Below are positions 1-10,416 of a stretch of 64,000 nucleotides of DNA, in pieces. The stretch comes from an uncultured delta proteobacterium (lineage in GTDB: Bacteria > Desulfobacterota > Desulfobacteria > Desulfobacterales > QNYZ01): positions 160,001 to 224,000 of the forward strand of contig CAWJQU010000004.1 of NCBI GenBank assembly GCA_963845145.1, given 5' to 3'. The stretch's first letter is position 1. Every line of letters begins with the position of its first letter. The notes under the pieces were generated by a model that did not search any database, was not told where the DNA came from, and saw nothing but the letters and a program-made list of their open reading frames with translations. The position numbers and the translations under genes are program-made.

Positions 1-538
1 TTACATACCAGGAATTGGTAATTGGATTGGCACCTTCCCAAACAATAACGCCTTTGGGATTTCCAGATTCGTCTATGAGTTGATCGTTGTTACAATGGCC
101 ACAAGGCATTTCATTGTTGCGGAAGGCTTCATAACATTTCTGACCTGAATAATTATCGCCAAAGCTATCTATCATAGATTGGTTCATAAACAGTATGTCA
201 TGATTCTGCATATCGGCCACATAAATCGTTGCGTCAATGCTATTTAGTACCTTTAAAAATGTGTCGTGTGCTTCATTTCGTTCCCTTTCGACTTCTTTGC
301 GCTTAAGCATGAATTCAACGATGAGGACACCAAATATAACGAATAGACTTACCACCATTAGTCGTGAAACAATCTGATACGGCGGGACTCTAAGTAGTAA
401 AGTATCAAGATAAGAAGAGGGCTCGCTGAAAATTAGTTTCTTCAGATTATATTCGAATGATAAATAAGACCAGATACTGTCAAGTATCCAATAAAAAAGG
501 CACACCAAGCCAATACTGAAATATGCTTTTAAGCGCAT
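1..538 (-). CDS. Membrane-anchored PAS-domain sensor protein (probably a histidine kinase), runs off the left window edge
   Basis: Not in the ORF track. Hand translation from ATG at 538: MRLKAYFSIGLVCLFYWILDSIW...VVSLFVIFGVLIVEFMLKRKEVE...LNSIDATIYVADMQNHDILFMNQSM...CYEAFRNNEMPCGHC. Two TM segments plus a PAS domain, open to position 1. Confidence 0.8.
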   Translation of the reverse strand, partial: MRLKAYFSIGLVCLFYWILDSIWSYLSFEYNLKKLIFSEPSSYLDTLLLRVPPYQIVSRLMVVSLFVIFGVLIVEFMLKRKEVERERNEAHDTFLKVLNSIDATIYVADMQNHDILFMNQSMIDSFGDNYSGQKCYEAFRNNEMPCGHCNNDQLIDESGNPKGVIVWEGANPITNSWYV

Positions 539-544
539 GATAGA

Positions 545-1669
545 TTAATTCTCATAAACCTCGGAAGCTACTTTGATGATACTTTCTGGAAGATCAAAAC
601 CAATTTGCCTGACGGTTTCCATGTTTACTGCAATATCCAGCGGATCTTCAAATACCTGATTCAATGTAATCGGTTGGGTGCCATTGAGTATTTCACCGAA
701 TTTCATGGCATTGTATCTGCCCAACCCTGCGTAACCCGAATCGCTGGAAATACTTAACATCATGCCCTCTTTAACCAGTTTGGAACCAACCAATGAGAAT
801 GATGGTTTACCGGCGGCTCTGAAAATATTTGCGATTTTTGGCCCAAGTCGATCCACACAAGTGAGCGCAGTGACGTATATTGCATCCGTGTTTTCCGCCA
901 GCTGTCGGTAACACGCCATGCAGGTGCTGTCTGATTTTTGGGTATCAACAGTGGTATCAATTACCTCACAGGTTATAATCTTAAAGCTCCTTTCCTTCGC
1001 GACTTGTTGGGCCTCGGTGATTGCGGAATAAATTCGTCCGTCCGACGAGTTCTCGTAGGCTATCCCTAACGTTTTAAACCCGACAATTCGATGGAACATC
1101 CTAAGCTGACGGAAATACCGATTGGGATCCACTCTTGCCGTTACATGATCATATCCGGAATTATCCGCGCTCTTAACAATTCCCGCTCGAATAGGATCGG
1201 AGGTGGACAGCACTAAAACCGGCACGATGTGTTCATTATTGGCTAAATCAAGACCAGCCCATGTCCCCATCGCAATGACGAGATCCAATGTTCCTGACTT
1301 GAGTTTTTCTAGCAAGTCCCCACGAATTTCTATCCGCCTTTTATCGTTCCAGTTTGCTGAATAGCAATCAGCGGCACGAAAAGATAAATATTGGCTATTA
1401 CACTGAATGAGCCACTCAATATAAGGTTTTGGGCTTTCATTGAAATACTCGGGTGGATTTTGATCATCGATCCATCCTGACGCTATCAGCCCTTTGACTA
1501 GTGTCCGCATCGTATCGGTGTAATCTGAATATGGCCCTCCCTCGTAGTATCCAATGCGCCACTTTTCTCCACCATTAAGCTTGGGAGCAACGTCAGCCCA
1601 GGTTGAAAATGCGAACATAGAAGGAATAAACAGTATGCAGGATAGGCACATTGCTATTTTATTTCCCAT
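545..1669 (-). CDS. Periplasmic ABC-type substrate-binding-fold protein
   Basis: Signal peptide; DLVIAMGTWAG, VPVLVLSTSDPIRAGIV and IAVNMETVRQIG match the ABC_sub_bind family; ends 6 bp upstream of the PAS sensor gene. Confidence 0.75.
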   Translation of the reverse strand: MGNKIAMCLSCILFIPSMFAFSTWADVAPKLNGGEKWRIGYYEGGPYSDYTDTMRTLVKGLIASGWIDDQNPPEYFNESPKPYIEWLIQCNSQYLSFRAADCYSANWNDKRRIEIRGDLLEKLKSGTLDLVIAMGTWAGLDLANNEHIVPVLVLSTSDPIRAGIVKSADNSGYDHVTARVDPNRYFRQLRMFHRIVGFKTLGIAYENSSDGRIYSAITEAQQVAKERSFKIITCEVIDTTVDTQKSDSTCMACYRQLAENTDAIYVTALTCVDRLGPKIANIFRAAGKPSFSLVGSKLVKEGMMLSISSDSGYAGLGRYNAMKFGEILNGTQPITLNQVFEDPLDIAVNMETVRQIGFDLPESIIKVASEVYEN

Positions 1670-1740
1670 CTTGGACCTCCTATTTCACAATAGATGCATT
1701 TTGAAAAACTATTTTTCTATGCTGTTACCTTTTTATCGCT

Positions 1741-2367
1741 TTAAATATCCAGATCCGGATATATTTTTTTGGCACAATCGGGGCAGATACCATGGCTAAA
1801 CTGGGCTTCGGAATGACGTTGAATATAACCTTCAATCTGATTCCAGTAGCCCTTGTCGTCACGAATTTTTTTACATGAAGTGCAAATGGGCAGAAGCCCT
1901 GAAAGCGCTTTTATTTCTTTCAATGCCTCTAATAATTTATCATGCGCTTCCTTCAACGCAACTTCCGATAGTTTACGGTTGGTAATATTTTTCGAGGTGC
2001 AAATCACGGTTTCTACTTCACCGGATTCATTAAGTACTGGTTTGACAGATGTTAAATAGTATGTGTCACCGGAGGGCAGGGGCACGCGAACCTCGATCTC
2101 TTCAGGTTTTCCTTCATTAAAAACTTTATTTACAAGAGCAAACCTTTTATCGGCTTCATTCTTTTCAAACACATCCCATATTTTATGACCGATAATTTCA
2201 TGCATCGGTTTGCCGACGCCCATGGCAAAAGCATTATTTACATATCTATATGTTCCATCCGCATAAAATGAGAAGGTCGGGTCCATGGATTCATCCATTA
2301 AAATTCGATAATGCCTTTCACTTTTACGAAGTTTTTCTAATTCATTGTTTAATTTATCCTTATCCAT
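1741..2367 (-). CDS. PAS/PAC protein with C-terminal Cys/His motif
   Basis: PAS (YRYVNNAF...KNITNRK) followed by LLPICTSCKKIRDDKGYW...FSHGICPDC. Confidence 0.8.
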   Translation of the reverse strand: MDKDKLNNELEKLRKSERHYRILMDESMDPTFSFYADGTYRYVNNAFAMGVGKPMHEIIGHKIWDVFEKNEADKRFALVNKVFNEGKPEEIEVRVPLPSGDTYYLTSVKPVLNESGEVETVICTSKNITNRKLSEVALKEAHDKLLEALKEIKALSGLLPICTSCKKIRDDKGYWNQIEGYIQRHSEAQFSHGICPDCAKKIYPDLDI

Positions 2368-2409
2368 TTCAAGACTCCATCATTTCCTATTGTTCTGTAT
2401 CTTTTACCT

Positions 2410-3039
2410 TTATTCTTTTGATAGAATTGCCACTTCAATCTTCCCTTCCAAGCCGTTTTTAAATGATAGTGCATCCTGGTTGCTGCCGACAATGGCGCCG
2501 ATATGCATCGGGATGGCCAATTTAGGGGCAATGGCAAGGGCGGCGGCAACCGCCTCGGTGGCGGTCATCACATAAGTGCCGGAGACGGGAAGTAGTGCGA
2601 TGTCTGTTTTTATCTGGTTCATTTCGGGGATGAAATCGCTGTCTCCGGTGTGATAGATCCGGACACCGTCGAACTCCACAATAAATCCCAACCAGCCTTT
2701 GGCCTTGGGATGGAAATGCTTGTTGGTATTATAAGCCGGTACCGCCTCGATTTTTATGTCATTGAATGAGAGCGTATCTCCGGGTTTGAGGATCCGAATG
2801 TCACCTACAAGTTGTTCGGACGACTCTTTCTCCGTAATGATAATTGTATCCGGTTTTTGAATTTTGGCCACATCGGCCGGAGAACAGTGATCGGAATGGG
2901 CGTGGGTGATGAGAAGAATATCCGCTTTTTTGCCTGGTTGAATTTGGTAGGGATCGATATAAATGGTTTTGTCGGCATCAATACGAAACCCATCATGCCC
3001 GAGCCAATGTATTTTTTCTTTTACTGCATTGATTGGCAT
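2410..3039 (-). CDS. Metallo-beta-lactamase-fold hydrolase
   Basis: WLGHDGF, THAHSDH, YHTGDS and PMH motifs; start moved to ATG 3039 behind a GGGG RBS. Confidence 0.85.
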   Translation of the reverse strand: MPINAVKEKIHWLGHDGFRIDADKTIYIDPYQIQPGKKADILLITHAHSDHCSPADVAKIQKPDTIIITEKESSEQLVGDIRILKPGDTLSFNDIKIEAVPAYNTNKHFHPKAKGWLGFIVEFDGVRIYHTGDSDFIPEMNQIKTDIALLPVSGTYVMTATEAVAAALAIAPKLAIPMHIGAIVGSNQDALSFKNGLEGKIEVAILSKE

Positions 3040-3396
3040 TTTGATACCCCCTTTTCCAATGGATGGACACCATATAAGTGCGCCGGGAAGGTAAGGCATA
3101 ATTTATGCATATCATATAAAGCATTCGGAAGACAAATTTTCCCACCAAACCTGTTGGGAGGCAACCCCCAAGAGTACATTGCAAAATCAAACATAACATG
3201 ATAATATTTTAGGAGAAATACGGTGTATCAGCTACGTGAAAATTTTGGTGGCGTTGCGAAGCTTGGTAGCAACCCATATTTCATTCGCCCGGTGGGGTTG
3301 ACCGGTGTGCCTAACCCAAAATACGATCTTTCCAAGAAGTCATCATAAACCGCAAAAAGTTTTAAAGTGCGGTTCATAAAAGGAAGAGGGACCGCG

Positions 3397-4311
3397 ATGA
3401 ACAGCAAAAGCAGCGTATCAAGGGAATGGATAACCGGTTTGATTCAGGAATTCATCTTGTCATCATCCCATAACACCCTGCAAGATGGAACGAAGATGCC
3501 GGCCTGGGAGGATTTTTTGGTGGGATTTGCCGCGGGTGCGGACCCAATTTGGCAACAATACAAAGAATATGTCGGAGCCTTTCACTGGACGCCCTGGGAG
3601 GTGTTCAACCAGCATTGTTCCCAGGAAATGGCCACCGCCGATGAACTGACGGTCATTTCTTGGATTTTGCCCCAGCGGGAAGAGGTTCGGCAATCAAATT
3701 GTAATAACAGGAAGTATCCATCGGAAGCGTGGGCCCGCATTCGAGTGTATGGTGAGGCGTTCAACGTACAGTTGCGACGGCATATCGCCGATAGTCTCAC
3801 GGGGGAAGGGCATCCGGCCATTGCGCCGATGTTGGTCTCCAACTGGACGATTCTTAAATCAAAGCAGTTTTCCTATGCGTCTTCCTGGTCTGAACGCCAT
3901 GCCGCCCATGCTGCCGGTTTGGGTACATTCGGCCTTTGCGATGGGCTTATTACTGAAAAAGGCAAAGCCATGCGGGTCGGGTCGGTGGTTGCGAAGGTGT
4001 CCATTAAACCAACACCTCGGCCCTACGCCGATCACCGCGCCTACTGTCTCTTTTTTGACAATGGTACTTGCGGTAAGTGTATCGATCGTTGCCCGGTTCG
4101 CGCCATCACCGAGGCGGGCCACGACAAGGAGAAGTGTCGAAAACACCTTTTGAACGCACGAAAATATGTAAAAAAGAATTACCGGTTTGAAGGTTATGGA
4201 TGTGGGTTATGTCAGGTCGGTGTGCCCTGCGAAGCGGGCATTCCGGTTAAAAAAGCGAGGGAGGCTTTGGAACGGGGTGAATTGCCGCCAACGCCACCAC
4301 CCCTGGCCTGA
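3397..4311 (+). CDS. Epoxyqueuosine-reductase (QueG)-like iron-sulfur protein
   Basis: WSERHAAHAAGLGTFGL, CGKCIDRCP and CGLCQVGVPC; true substrate uncertain. Confidence 0.7.
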   Translation: MNSKSSVSREWITGLIQEFILSSSHNTLQDGTKMPAWEDFLVGFAAGADPIWQQYKEYVGAFHWTPWEVFNQHCSQEMATADELTVISWILPQREEVRQSNCNNRKYPSEAWARIRVYGEAFNVQLRRHIADSLTGEGHPAIAPMLVSNWTILKSKQFSYASSWSERHAAHAAGLGTFGLCDGLITEKGKAMRVGSVVAKVSIKPTPRPYADHRAYCLFFDNGTCGKCIDRCPVRAITEAGHDKEKCRKHLLNARKYVKKNYRFEGYGCGLCQVGVPCEAGIPVKKAREALERGELPPTPPPLA

Positions 4312-4370
4312 CAAAATAGCGACTGTATGGCGTTTTTTTATCGAATGGGAAAAAAGATTTGGAAAGAATC

Positions 4371-5300
4371 ATGGATTTTAGCCTTGGAAACAAGATCATC
4401 GATAATATTTCCAGTGTGGTGGTGGGGAAAAAGGGCCCGCTCGAACTTCTTTTAGTCGCCCTGCTTGCCGATGGGCATGTATTATTGGAAGATGTGCCGG
4501 GGGTGGGTAAAACGTTAGTCGCCAAATGTCTGGCTAAAACTATCAAGGGATCTCATAAGCGGATTCAATTTACCCCAGATCTGTTACCGGCGGATGTCAC
4601 CGGATTTAACATGTATGACCAAAGGAGCGGCCAATTTAAATTTCAGCCAGGTCCGGTTCTGACGAACATACTGCTCGCCGATGAAATCAATCGGGCCATT
4701 CCACGTACCCAGTCAAGCCTTCTTGAAAGTATGGAGGAGCGCCAGGTAACCATTGATAGTAAAACCTATCCGCTACCCGAACCATTTATCGTTTTGGCGA
4801 CGCAGAACCCCATTGAACTGGAAGGGACCTTTCCCCTTCCCGAAGCGCAACTGGATCGCTTTCTGCTGAAAATCAGCCTGGGTTACCCCAGTAAAGCGGA
4901 GGAGATGACCATTCTGGAAAGATTTCAGGATGACGATCCCCTGGAAACGCTGGAATCGGTTGCCGATCCCGGGCAACTCATCGGTTTGCAAGACATGCGG
5001 AAAAAGATAAAAATATCCACGCCGGTAAAGCAATATATCACCGACATTGTGGGCGCCACCCGGAACAATGCAAGCCTTCGGTTCGGGGCAAGCCCCAGGG
5101 GTTCACTGGGCTTGATGCGTGCGGCTCAGGGGCTGGCGGCGTTGAAGGGTCGCAACTATGTGCTGCCCGATGACATTAAGCAGTTGGTGATACCGGTTCT
5201 GGCCCATCGTATTATTTTAAATGAAGAGGGAAAGTTGAAAGGAGAGTGCCCTGAAAATGTTCTTGAAGAAATTGTCTCCCAGATATCAGTTCCGGATTAA
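4371..5300 (+). CDS. MoxR-family AAA+ ATPase
   Basis: LEDVPGVGKT, RIQFTPDLLPAD, LADEINRA, ATQNPIELEGTFPLPEAQLDRF. Confidence 0.95.
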   Translation: MDFSLGNKIIDNISSVVVGKKGPLELLLVALLADGHVLLEDVPGVGKTLVAKCLAKTIKGSHKRIQFTPDLLPADVTGFNMYDQRSGQFKFQPGPVLTNILLADEINRAIPRTQSSLLESMEERQVTIDSKTYPLPEPFIVLATQNPIELEGTFPLPEAQLDRFLLKISLGYPSKAEEMTILERFQDDDPLETLESVADPGQLIGLQDMRKKIKISTPVKQYITDIVGATRNNASLRFGASPRGSLGLMRAAQGLAALKGRNYVLPDDIKQLVIPVLAHRIILNEEGKLKGECPENVLEEIVSQISVPD

Positions 5301-5308
5301 AATGATCG

Positions 5309-6523
5309 ATGCGCCAGCAGATGCACCAATCGGCACCCCCCTTACTTGAAGGCCCGGAATCGGCTTTTCTGTTATTATTTGTTCAGGTTTTTTTGCTCGT
5401 TTGTCTTTTTTTTGCTTTAGTTTTTGATGTACCGGATTTATCGCTTTTTACCCTTTTTATGCTTGCCATTGGTCTCGGGACCTATTTTTGGAGCCGAGTA
5501 GGCCTGAACCATATTCAATGTTACCTTGTGTTAAGCCGTCGCCGATTTTTCCCCGATGAAAAATTGACCATCGACATTCGGGTCACCAATTCAAAACTAC
5601 TTCCTGTATTGATTAAAGTGGATATCTTTATCCCCCAGGCGTTTACCGGCTCTGACACGGGCCGATGGGTCAGCGAAGAGGCCGGCCTTCTCTGGTACCA
5701 GAAAACTGTTTTTTCCAGATCGCTTTTTCCAAACCGAAGAGGTGTCTATAATTTGGGGCCGCCCAGGTTGCGCGGAAGCGATCTCTTCGGGTTTTATTTC
5801 AGGAAGAAAACGACATTAGAGCAGGTTGAGATTGTCGTTTATCCTCGGATTATCAAAGTAGCACCGGTCGGACTCCCCAAAAGAGAATTTTTTGGCACCC
5901 CCGGTGCGCACAGTCCGGTGGAGGACCCGGTGTTTATTTTCGGGACACGTGATTACCAACCGGGAAGACCGGCACGAGGGATTCATTGGAAAACGAGTGC
6001 CCGACATAACCGCTTGCAGGAGAAGCTCTGTGAACCGGCCGAGCAGGAAAAAGTCCTTTTTATCCTCGATGTCGACCGATTCGAAGCTGAAAACGGTGAG
6101 GAACGTTTTGAAAAAACGCTGGAGGTTATCGCCTCTTTGGTCCTGCAATTGGATCGTCGCGGTATCGCTGTCGGGTTTATCACCAACGGCCATATCGCAG
6201 GTGGGAAACCAAAGATTGTGCCGCTTTCAAGAAGTCCCCGACAGATTGCCTCTATTCTTGAAACCCTTGCCCGAGTTGGGGTAGAGGGAACCCGTCCGGT
6301 AACTGAAATTGTATCGCGCGGGTATCGGATTCCATGGGGAACGAGCGGTATCTATTTTTGCCATGAAAGATCCCATGAAACCCGCCGGGCTAATATATTT
6401 ATGAAAAATATCAACATCCCCACTCGATTTGTCGTGGCTCAACAATCCGATGATAAACGAATGGTCACCAATACAGACACGATCTACTTGGATCAGATTT
6501 GGGCTCCGAAGGATCGAAATTGA
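5309..6523 (+). CDS. DUF58 domain protein (MoxR partner)
   Basis: N-terminal TMs, DLFG, VYP, RDYQPGRPARGIHWKTSAR; directly follows moxR. Confidence 0.85.
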   Translation: MRQQMHQSAPPLLEGPESAFLLLFVQVFLLVCLFFALVFDVPDLSLFTLFMLAIGLGTYFWSRVGLNHIQCYLVLSRRRFFPDEKLTIDIRVTNSKLLPVLIKVDIFIPQAFTGSDTGRWVSEEAGLLWYQKTVFSRSLFPNRRGVYNLGPPRLRGSDLFGFYFRKKTTLEQVEIVVYPRIIKVAPVGLPKREFFGTPGAHSPVEDPVFIFGTRDYQPGRPARGIHWKTSARHNRLQEKLCEPAEQEKVLFILDVDRFEAENGEERFEKTLEVIASLVLQLDRRGIAVGFITNGHIAGGKPKIVPLSRSPRQIASILETLARVGVEGTRPVTEIVSRGYRIPWGTSGIYFCHERSHETRRANIFMKNINIPTRFVVAQQSDDKRMVTNTDTIYLDQIWAPKDRN

Positions 6524-7914
6524 TAATACTTCAAAAACGCTTTCTATTAATTCTCTCCTGCGCCGGTATGATGCTGGCGTGTTTTTACGCCTGGACGTCC
6601 TTCATTTTTGCCAGCCTTTCCAGAAAGCCGATAACCGCCCTCGAAGCTGGGGTAGTGCTGATACTCGCCATGCTGACGACCTACCTTCATAGCCAAAGGG
6701 GGTGGCGTATCATTACTGTTATGGCGTTGCACCTATTCGGATTTTTGGTTGGTTCCATTCGAATTCTCTACAATTTTTACGAGATTAATCGTCCTTTTTG
6801 GCGATTTGACTGGGTGCCGGAATTATTTAATATGGATCGAGTCGCCCGTGAGTGGCCGATTTTGGTCTTAATCCTCTTATGTGTCTGGGCACTTTGGTTC
6901 TGCGGGTTACGGCTGATTACAAAACCGACCGACAAGGCGATGATCAGCTACCGGTTTGATATGGGGCTTGGCTTTTTGCTTTTCCTTTTCCTTGTTAAAC
7001 TGGTTTTGGCAACCAAAGAAGTCTCATTGCCCATTACACATTCATTAACAAAGGTGATCGTCGCCTATATTAGCCTGGGACTTTTTTCCATGGGTCTCGT
7101 GCATACTCAAAGCCAATCAAAAACCCAGGGTTCTTCCTACCTCAAGGGTGCCGGTGTGGCCCTAACGTTTACGGCTGGTATCCTCATGCTTGGCGGCGGC
7201 CTGTTTATCCTTTTTTTGCCACAACTTCAAACAGTCGCTGAAGCAGGCTATGGTTTGCTTGGAAACTTGAAAGGGCCCATAGAGAACCTCGTGATTGCCC
7301 TCGCCCGTGGTTTTCTCAAAGGCGTCATGCCTTCTAAGTCGGGAGGAGGCGTGACAGGGAATGATTTGCCCACCATAAACCGGTCAGGCGAAATGTTAAG
7401 CATTTTTGACTACCTCTTTATTGGTATCGGGCTAATGATATTATTGAGCATGATTGGCTTCATCCTTTATCGGTTCTTAAAATGGATCTTTTCAAAGGTA
7501 TCGTGGCTACTATCAAAGACAGCGAAAAAAAAAGATTCGAAGGGGATATGGACGCTGGTTTTGTTGTTTTTCAGCGTGGTAAAAACCCTCTACGTGAGGC
7601 TTCAAAGGGGCATTTTAGGACGGCAGGATACTTCACGCGCAGCAGAAAATATTTATTTGCGCTTTCTTCGGTGGGGCTGGCTTAGCGGTTTACGGCGATT
7701 TCCACCGGTGACCCCCAAAGAATACGGGGATCTGTTGGGGCTAAGGTTTCCACAAATTAAAAAGGAAATTGAAACGATCATACACATGCACGCGGACGTC
7801 GTATACGGGGGCGTTTTTCCAGAAAGCCATCAGATATCAAGCGCCAAACGCGCTTTGCGAAGAATGCGTCATCCTTTATTATGGTTTGCTCGGCTCAAAT
7901 CCCTTTTGTTTTGA
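6499..7914 (+). CDS. Polytopic membrane protein with C-terminal DUF4129-like domain
   Basis: Many TM segments, C-terminal TPKEY...VYG; third gene of the MoxR operon; start uncertain. Confidence 0.65.
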   Translation: MGSEGSKLIILQKRFLLILSCAGMMLACFYAWTSFIFASLSRKPITALEAGVVLILAMLTTYLHSQRGWRIITVMALHLFGFLVGSIRILYNFYEINRPFWRFDWVPELFNMDRVAREWPILVLILLCVWALWFCGLRLITKPTDKAMISYRFDMGLGFLLFLFLVKLVLATKEVSLPITHSLTKVIVAYISLGLFSMGLVHTQSQSKTQGSSYLKGAGVALTFTAGILMLGGGLFILFLPQLQTVAEAGYGLLGNLKGPIENLVIALARGFLKGVMPSKSGGGVTGNDLPTINRSGEMLSIFDYLFIGIGLMILLSMIGFILYRFLKWIFSKVSWLLSKTAKKKDSKGIWTLVLLFFSVVKTLYVRLQRGILGRQDTSRAAENIYLRFLRWGWLSGLRRFPPVTPKEYGDLLGLRFPQIKKEIETIIHMHADVVYGGVFPESHQISSAKRALRRMRHPLLWFARLKSLLF

Positions 7915-7920
7915 CGACCG

Positions 7921-8442
7921 TTATTCGGGTAGGCGGATAACGAGAACGGGAACGGAGGCATTTTTTACAACCCATTTGGCGGTACTGCCGACCAAAACGT
8001 CACTGATCACTCCATGACCGTGGGTGCCCATGACGATGAGGTCACAGTTTTGTTCATTTGCGGTTGCAACGATTTTTTCGGCCGGCGTTCCGCGCTCGAT
8101 AAGGATTTCATCTGTGACATCGGCTTGGGCCTCGGTATCGGCGACCACTTCATCCGAAAAGGCCTGAAGCACTTCTTTAATGGCTCCCCGGTTTCTTTTT
8201 TTCCCGGTCAGGCTTTCTCTGACCTCGGAATAATGGCGCGACTTGATCTCTTTCCATGTATTGCTATTGATCATGTTCGTTATAAAATGTTCTTCGGGAA
8301 ATTCAGCCATCACATGCAGAATGGTGATGCCGGCTTTATACCTTTCGGCCAGGCTGATAGCATAGGCAAAAGCGTGAGTCGCATTTTCCGATAAGTCGGT
8401 TGCATACAGGATTTTTTTTATTCGAACGTTGGGAAGCACCAA
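7921..8442 (-). CDS. Universal stress protein (TRAP-associated)
   Basis: IKKILYATDLS, DLIVMGTHG...LVGSTAKWVVKNASVPVLVI; TTG start at 8442 after an AGGGGG RBS; last gene of the TRAP operon. Confidence 0.9.
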   Translation of the reverse strand: MVLPNVRIKKILYATDLSENATHAFAYAISLAERYKAGITILHVMAEFPEEHFITNMINSNTWKEIKSRHYSEVRESLTGKKRNRGAIKEVLQAFSDEVVADTEAQADVTDEILIERGTPAEKIVATANEQNCDLIVMGTHGHGVISDVLVGSTAKWVVKNASVPVLVIRLPE

Positions 8443-8458
8443 TTTAGATACCCCTTTT

Positions 8459-9784
8459 TTATCTACCAAAGTATAAGTTCGGCAACCACAAGGCAATCCC
8501 GGGAAACAACATTACTATAACCAAACCGACTATCATGACCAGTACAAATGGTATGATTGAGCGGTAGATGTCCGCCAGTGTTACCTCCTTGGGCGCCATC
8601 GCTTTCATCAAAAACAGGTTGTAGCCGAAAGGCGGTGTCATGTAGGCGATCTGGCAGGTGATCGTATAGAGCACACCGTACCAGATAGGGTTGAATCCCA
8701 GGCTAATAATAAGTGGTACATAAAGTGGAGCAACAATGATGAGCATAGCCGTATCGTCTAGAAACATCCCCATAAAAATATAAGAAAGTTGCATCATAAT
8801 GAGGATACCCCACGGACTGAGTCCCCATCTCTCGATGAATAACGACTCTATGGCATGTACGGCACCAAGGCCGTCAAAAACGGCACTAAAGCAGAGTGCT
8901 GCCATAATTACCCACATGAACATGCAGCTGACACTCAGTGTGTTCCTTAAGGTCTCATTCAATACCCGAAAGTTAAAGCGCCGCCGGGCGATCGCTGCAA
9001 GGGTCGTTGCGGCTGCGCCGGCAGCCGAACATTGAACCAGGCTGGTGATACCCATCAGAAAAAGGCCTGTCATTGAAAAAATAATGACCAGCGGAATAAT
9101 CCCAGCCTTCAGAAGTCGTAACCTCTGTGCCCAGGTTATTGTTTCAAGTTCTTCCTTTGATAATGTGGGACCCAGTTCGGGCTGTAGTCTGCACCTGATA
9201 TAGATGTAGGCGATAAACAGGGCTGCGAGAAGAAGGCCCGGAAAAACACCTGCCAACCAGAGTTGGCCGACTGGCTGCCTGGCGATCATGCCGTAGAGGA
9301 CCAAGACGACGCTGGGTGGAACCATGATACCGAGTGAACTGCCGGCCTGGATGACACCCGTCACCATGACCTTGTCATACTTACGCTTAAGCATCTCGGG
9401 TAATGCGACACTGGCGCCAATCGCCATGCCGGCAACGCTTAAACCATTCATGGCCGATACAGCGACCATTAGCCCCATTGTTCCGATGGCGAGGCCCCCG
9501 CTTACCGGCCCCATCCAGACATGAAACATTTTATAAAGGTCACTGGCGATACCCGACTCGGAAAACATATACCCCATATAGATGAACAGCGGCAAAGTTA
9601 GCAGCGGGTACCAGTTTAGTAAACCAAAGGCGGCATTAAATGGTAACTCCGTGGCACCCTTACCCCATAAAAGCAAAGCGAATAGCGTGGCAACGCCACC
9701 GATGGCACCAAAAACGCGTTGCCCAGTGAGCAGCATGAGCATCATCGAGGTGAAAATCAGTAAGGCAATTACTTCATAACTCAT
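8459..9784 (-). CDS. dctM: TRAP transporter large permease
   Basis: LTLPLFIYMG, GSSLGIMVPPSVVLVLYG, YMTPPFGYNLF. Confidence 0.95.
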   Translation of the reverse strand: MSYEVIALLIFTSMMLMLLTGQRVFGAIGGVATLFALLLWGKGATELPFNAAFGLLNWYPLLTLPLFIYMGYMFSESGIASDLYKMFHVWMGPVSGGLAIGTMGLMVAVSAMNGLSVAGMAIGASVALPEMLKRKYDKVMVTGVIQAGSSLGIMVPPSVVLVLYGMIARQPVGQLWLAGVFPGLLLAALFIAYIYIRCRLQPELGPTLSKEELETITWAQRLRLLKAGIIPLVIIFSMTGLFLMGITSLVQCSAAGAAATTLAAIARRRFNFRVLNETLRNTLSVSCMFMWVIMAALCFSAVFDGLGAVHAIESLFIERWGLSPWGILIMMQLSYIFMGMFLDDTAMLIIVAPLYVPLIISLGFNPIWYGVLYTITCQIAYMTPPFGYNLFLMKAMAPKEVTLADIYRSIIPFVLVMIVGLVIVMLFPGIALWLPNLYFGR

Positions 9785-9785
9785 G

Positions 9786-10295
9786 CTAAATTTTCTCCCC
9801 TCTCACCTTTGCCAGGTCCTTAAAAAATGTCGCAATGGCTTGTAAAAGCATCAGCAGAACGCCGGTCCCCATAATGATTTTAATGGGAGCCATATATGGT
9901 GCCCACGCGGATCGATTTTTTTGCCCGTAGACGACAGCATATTCAATACTGGAATAGGCACCAATGAGGAGGAATACAAGATAGAAAATCAAAAATAGGT
10001 TGGTAGCAACATCAACCTTGGCCTTTTTCTTATCTGTCCACCGGCCATAGAAGAGATCCATCCTAACATGCCCTTTGAGCATCATCGAGTACGCACCACC
10101 AAGTAAGTAATAAGCGGCCATGGTGAATTGTGCCATCTCCATGGACCAGATGAGGGGCTTGTCGAAAATGATTCTGGATATCGGTTCGTATAATAAAAGG
10201 CCCATCATAGCAAAAACCAGATACATCGAAAATATACCCACTACCCGGTTTACCGCTTCAACAGAACGCACAAATATTTTTACGGCCTTAGGCAT
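9786..10295 (-). CDS. dctQ: TRAP transporter small permease
   Basis: Four TMs, WSMEMAQF, GHVRMDLFY. Confidence 0.93.
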   Translation of the reverse strand: MPKAVKIFVRSVEAVNRVVGIFSMYLVFAMMGLLLYEPISRIIFDKPLIWSMEMAQFTMAAYYLLGGAYSMMLKGHVRMDLFYGRWTDKKKAKVDVATNLFLIFYLVFLLIGAYSSIEYAVVYGQKNRSAWAPYMAPIKIIMGTGVLLMLLQAIATFFKDLAKVRGEKI

Positions 10296-10346
10296 TTCAG
10301 ACCCTTTCTTTTTGCTCCCTTAAGCCTGCGCAATAGTGGCGGTGCC

Positions 10347-10375
10347 CTCCCCGGTTTATTTCCCAAACCGGGGAG
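10347..10375 (-). terminator. Intercistronic hairpin after dctP (mRNA-stabilising or partial terminator)
   Basis: CTCCCCGGTTT / AAACCGGGGAG, 11-bp perfect stem. Confidence 0.55.
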
Positions 10376-10416
10376 AGGTCACGCATAGCCATTTTATACG
10401 CCGTATCTGCTGCAGA

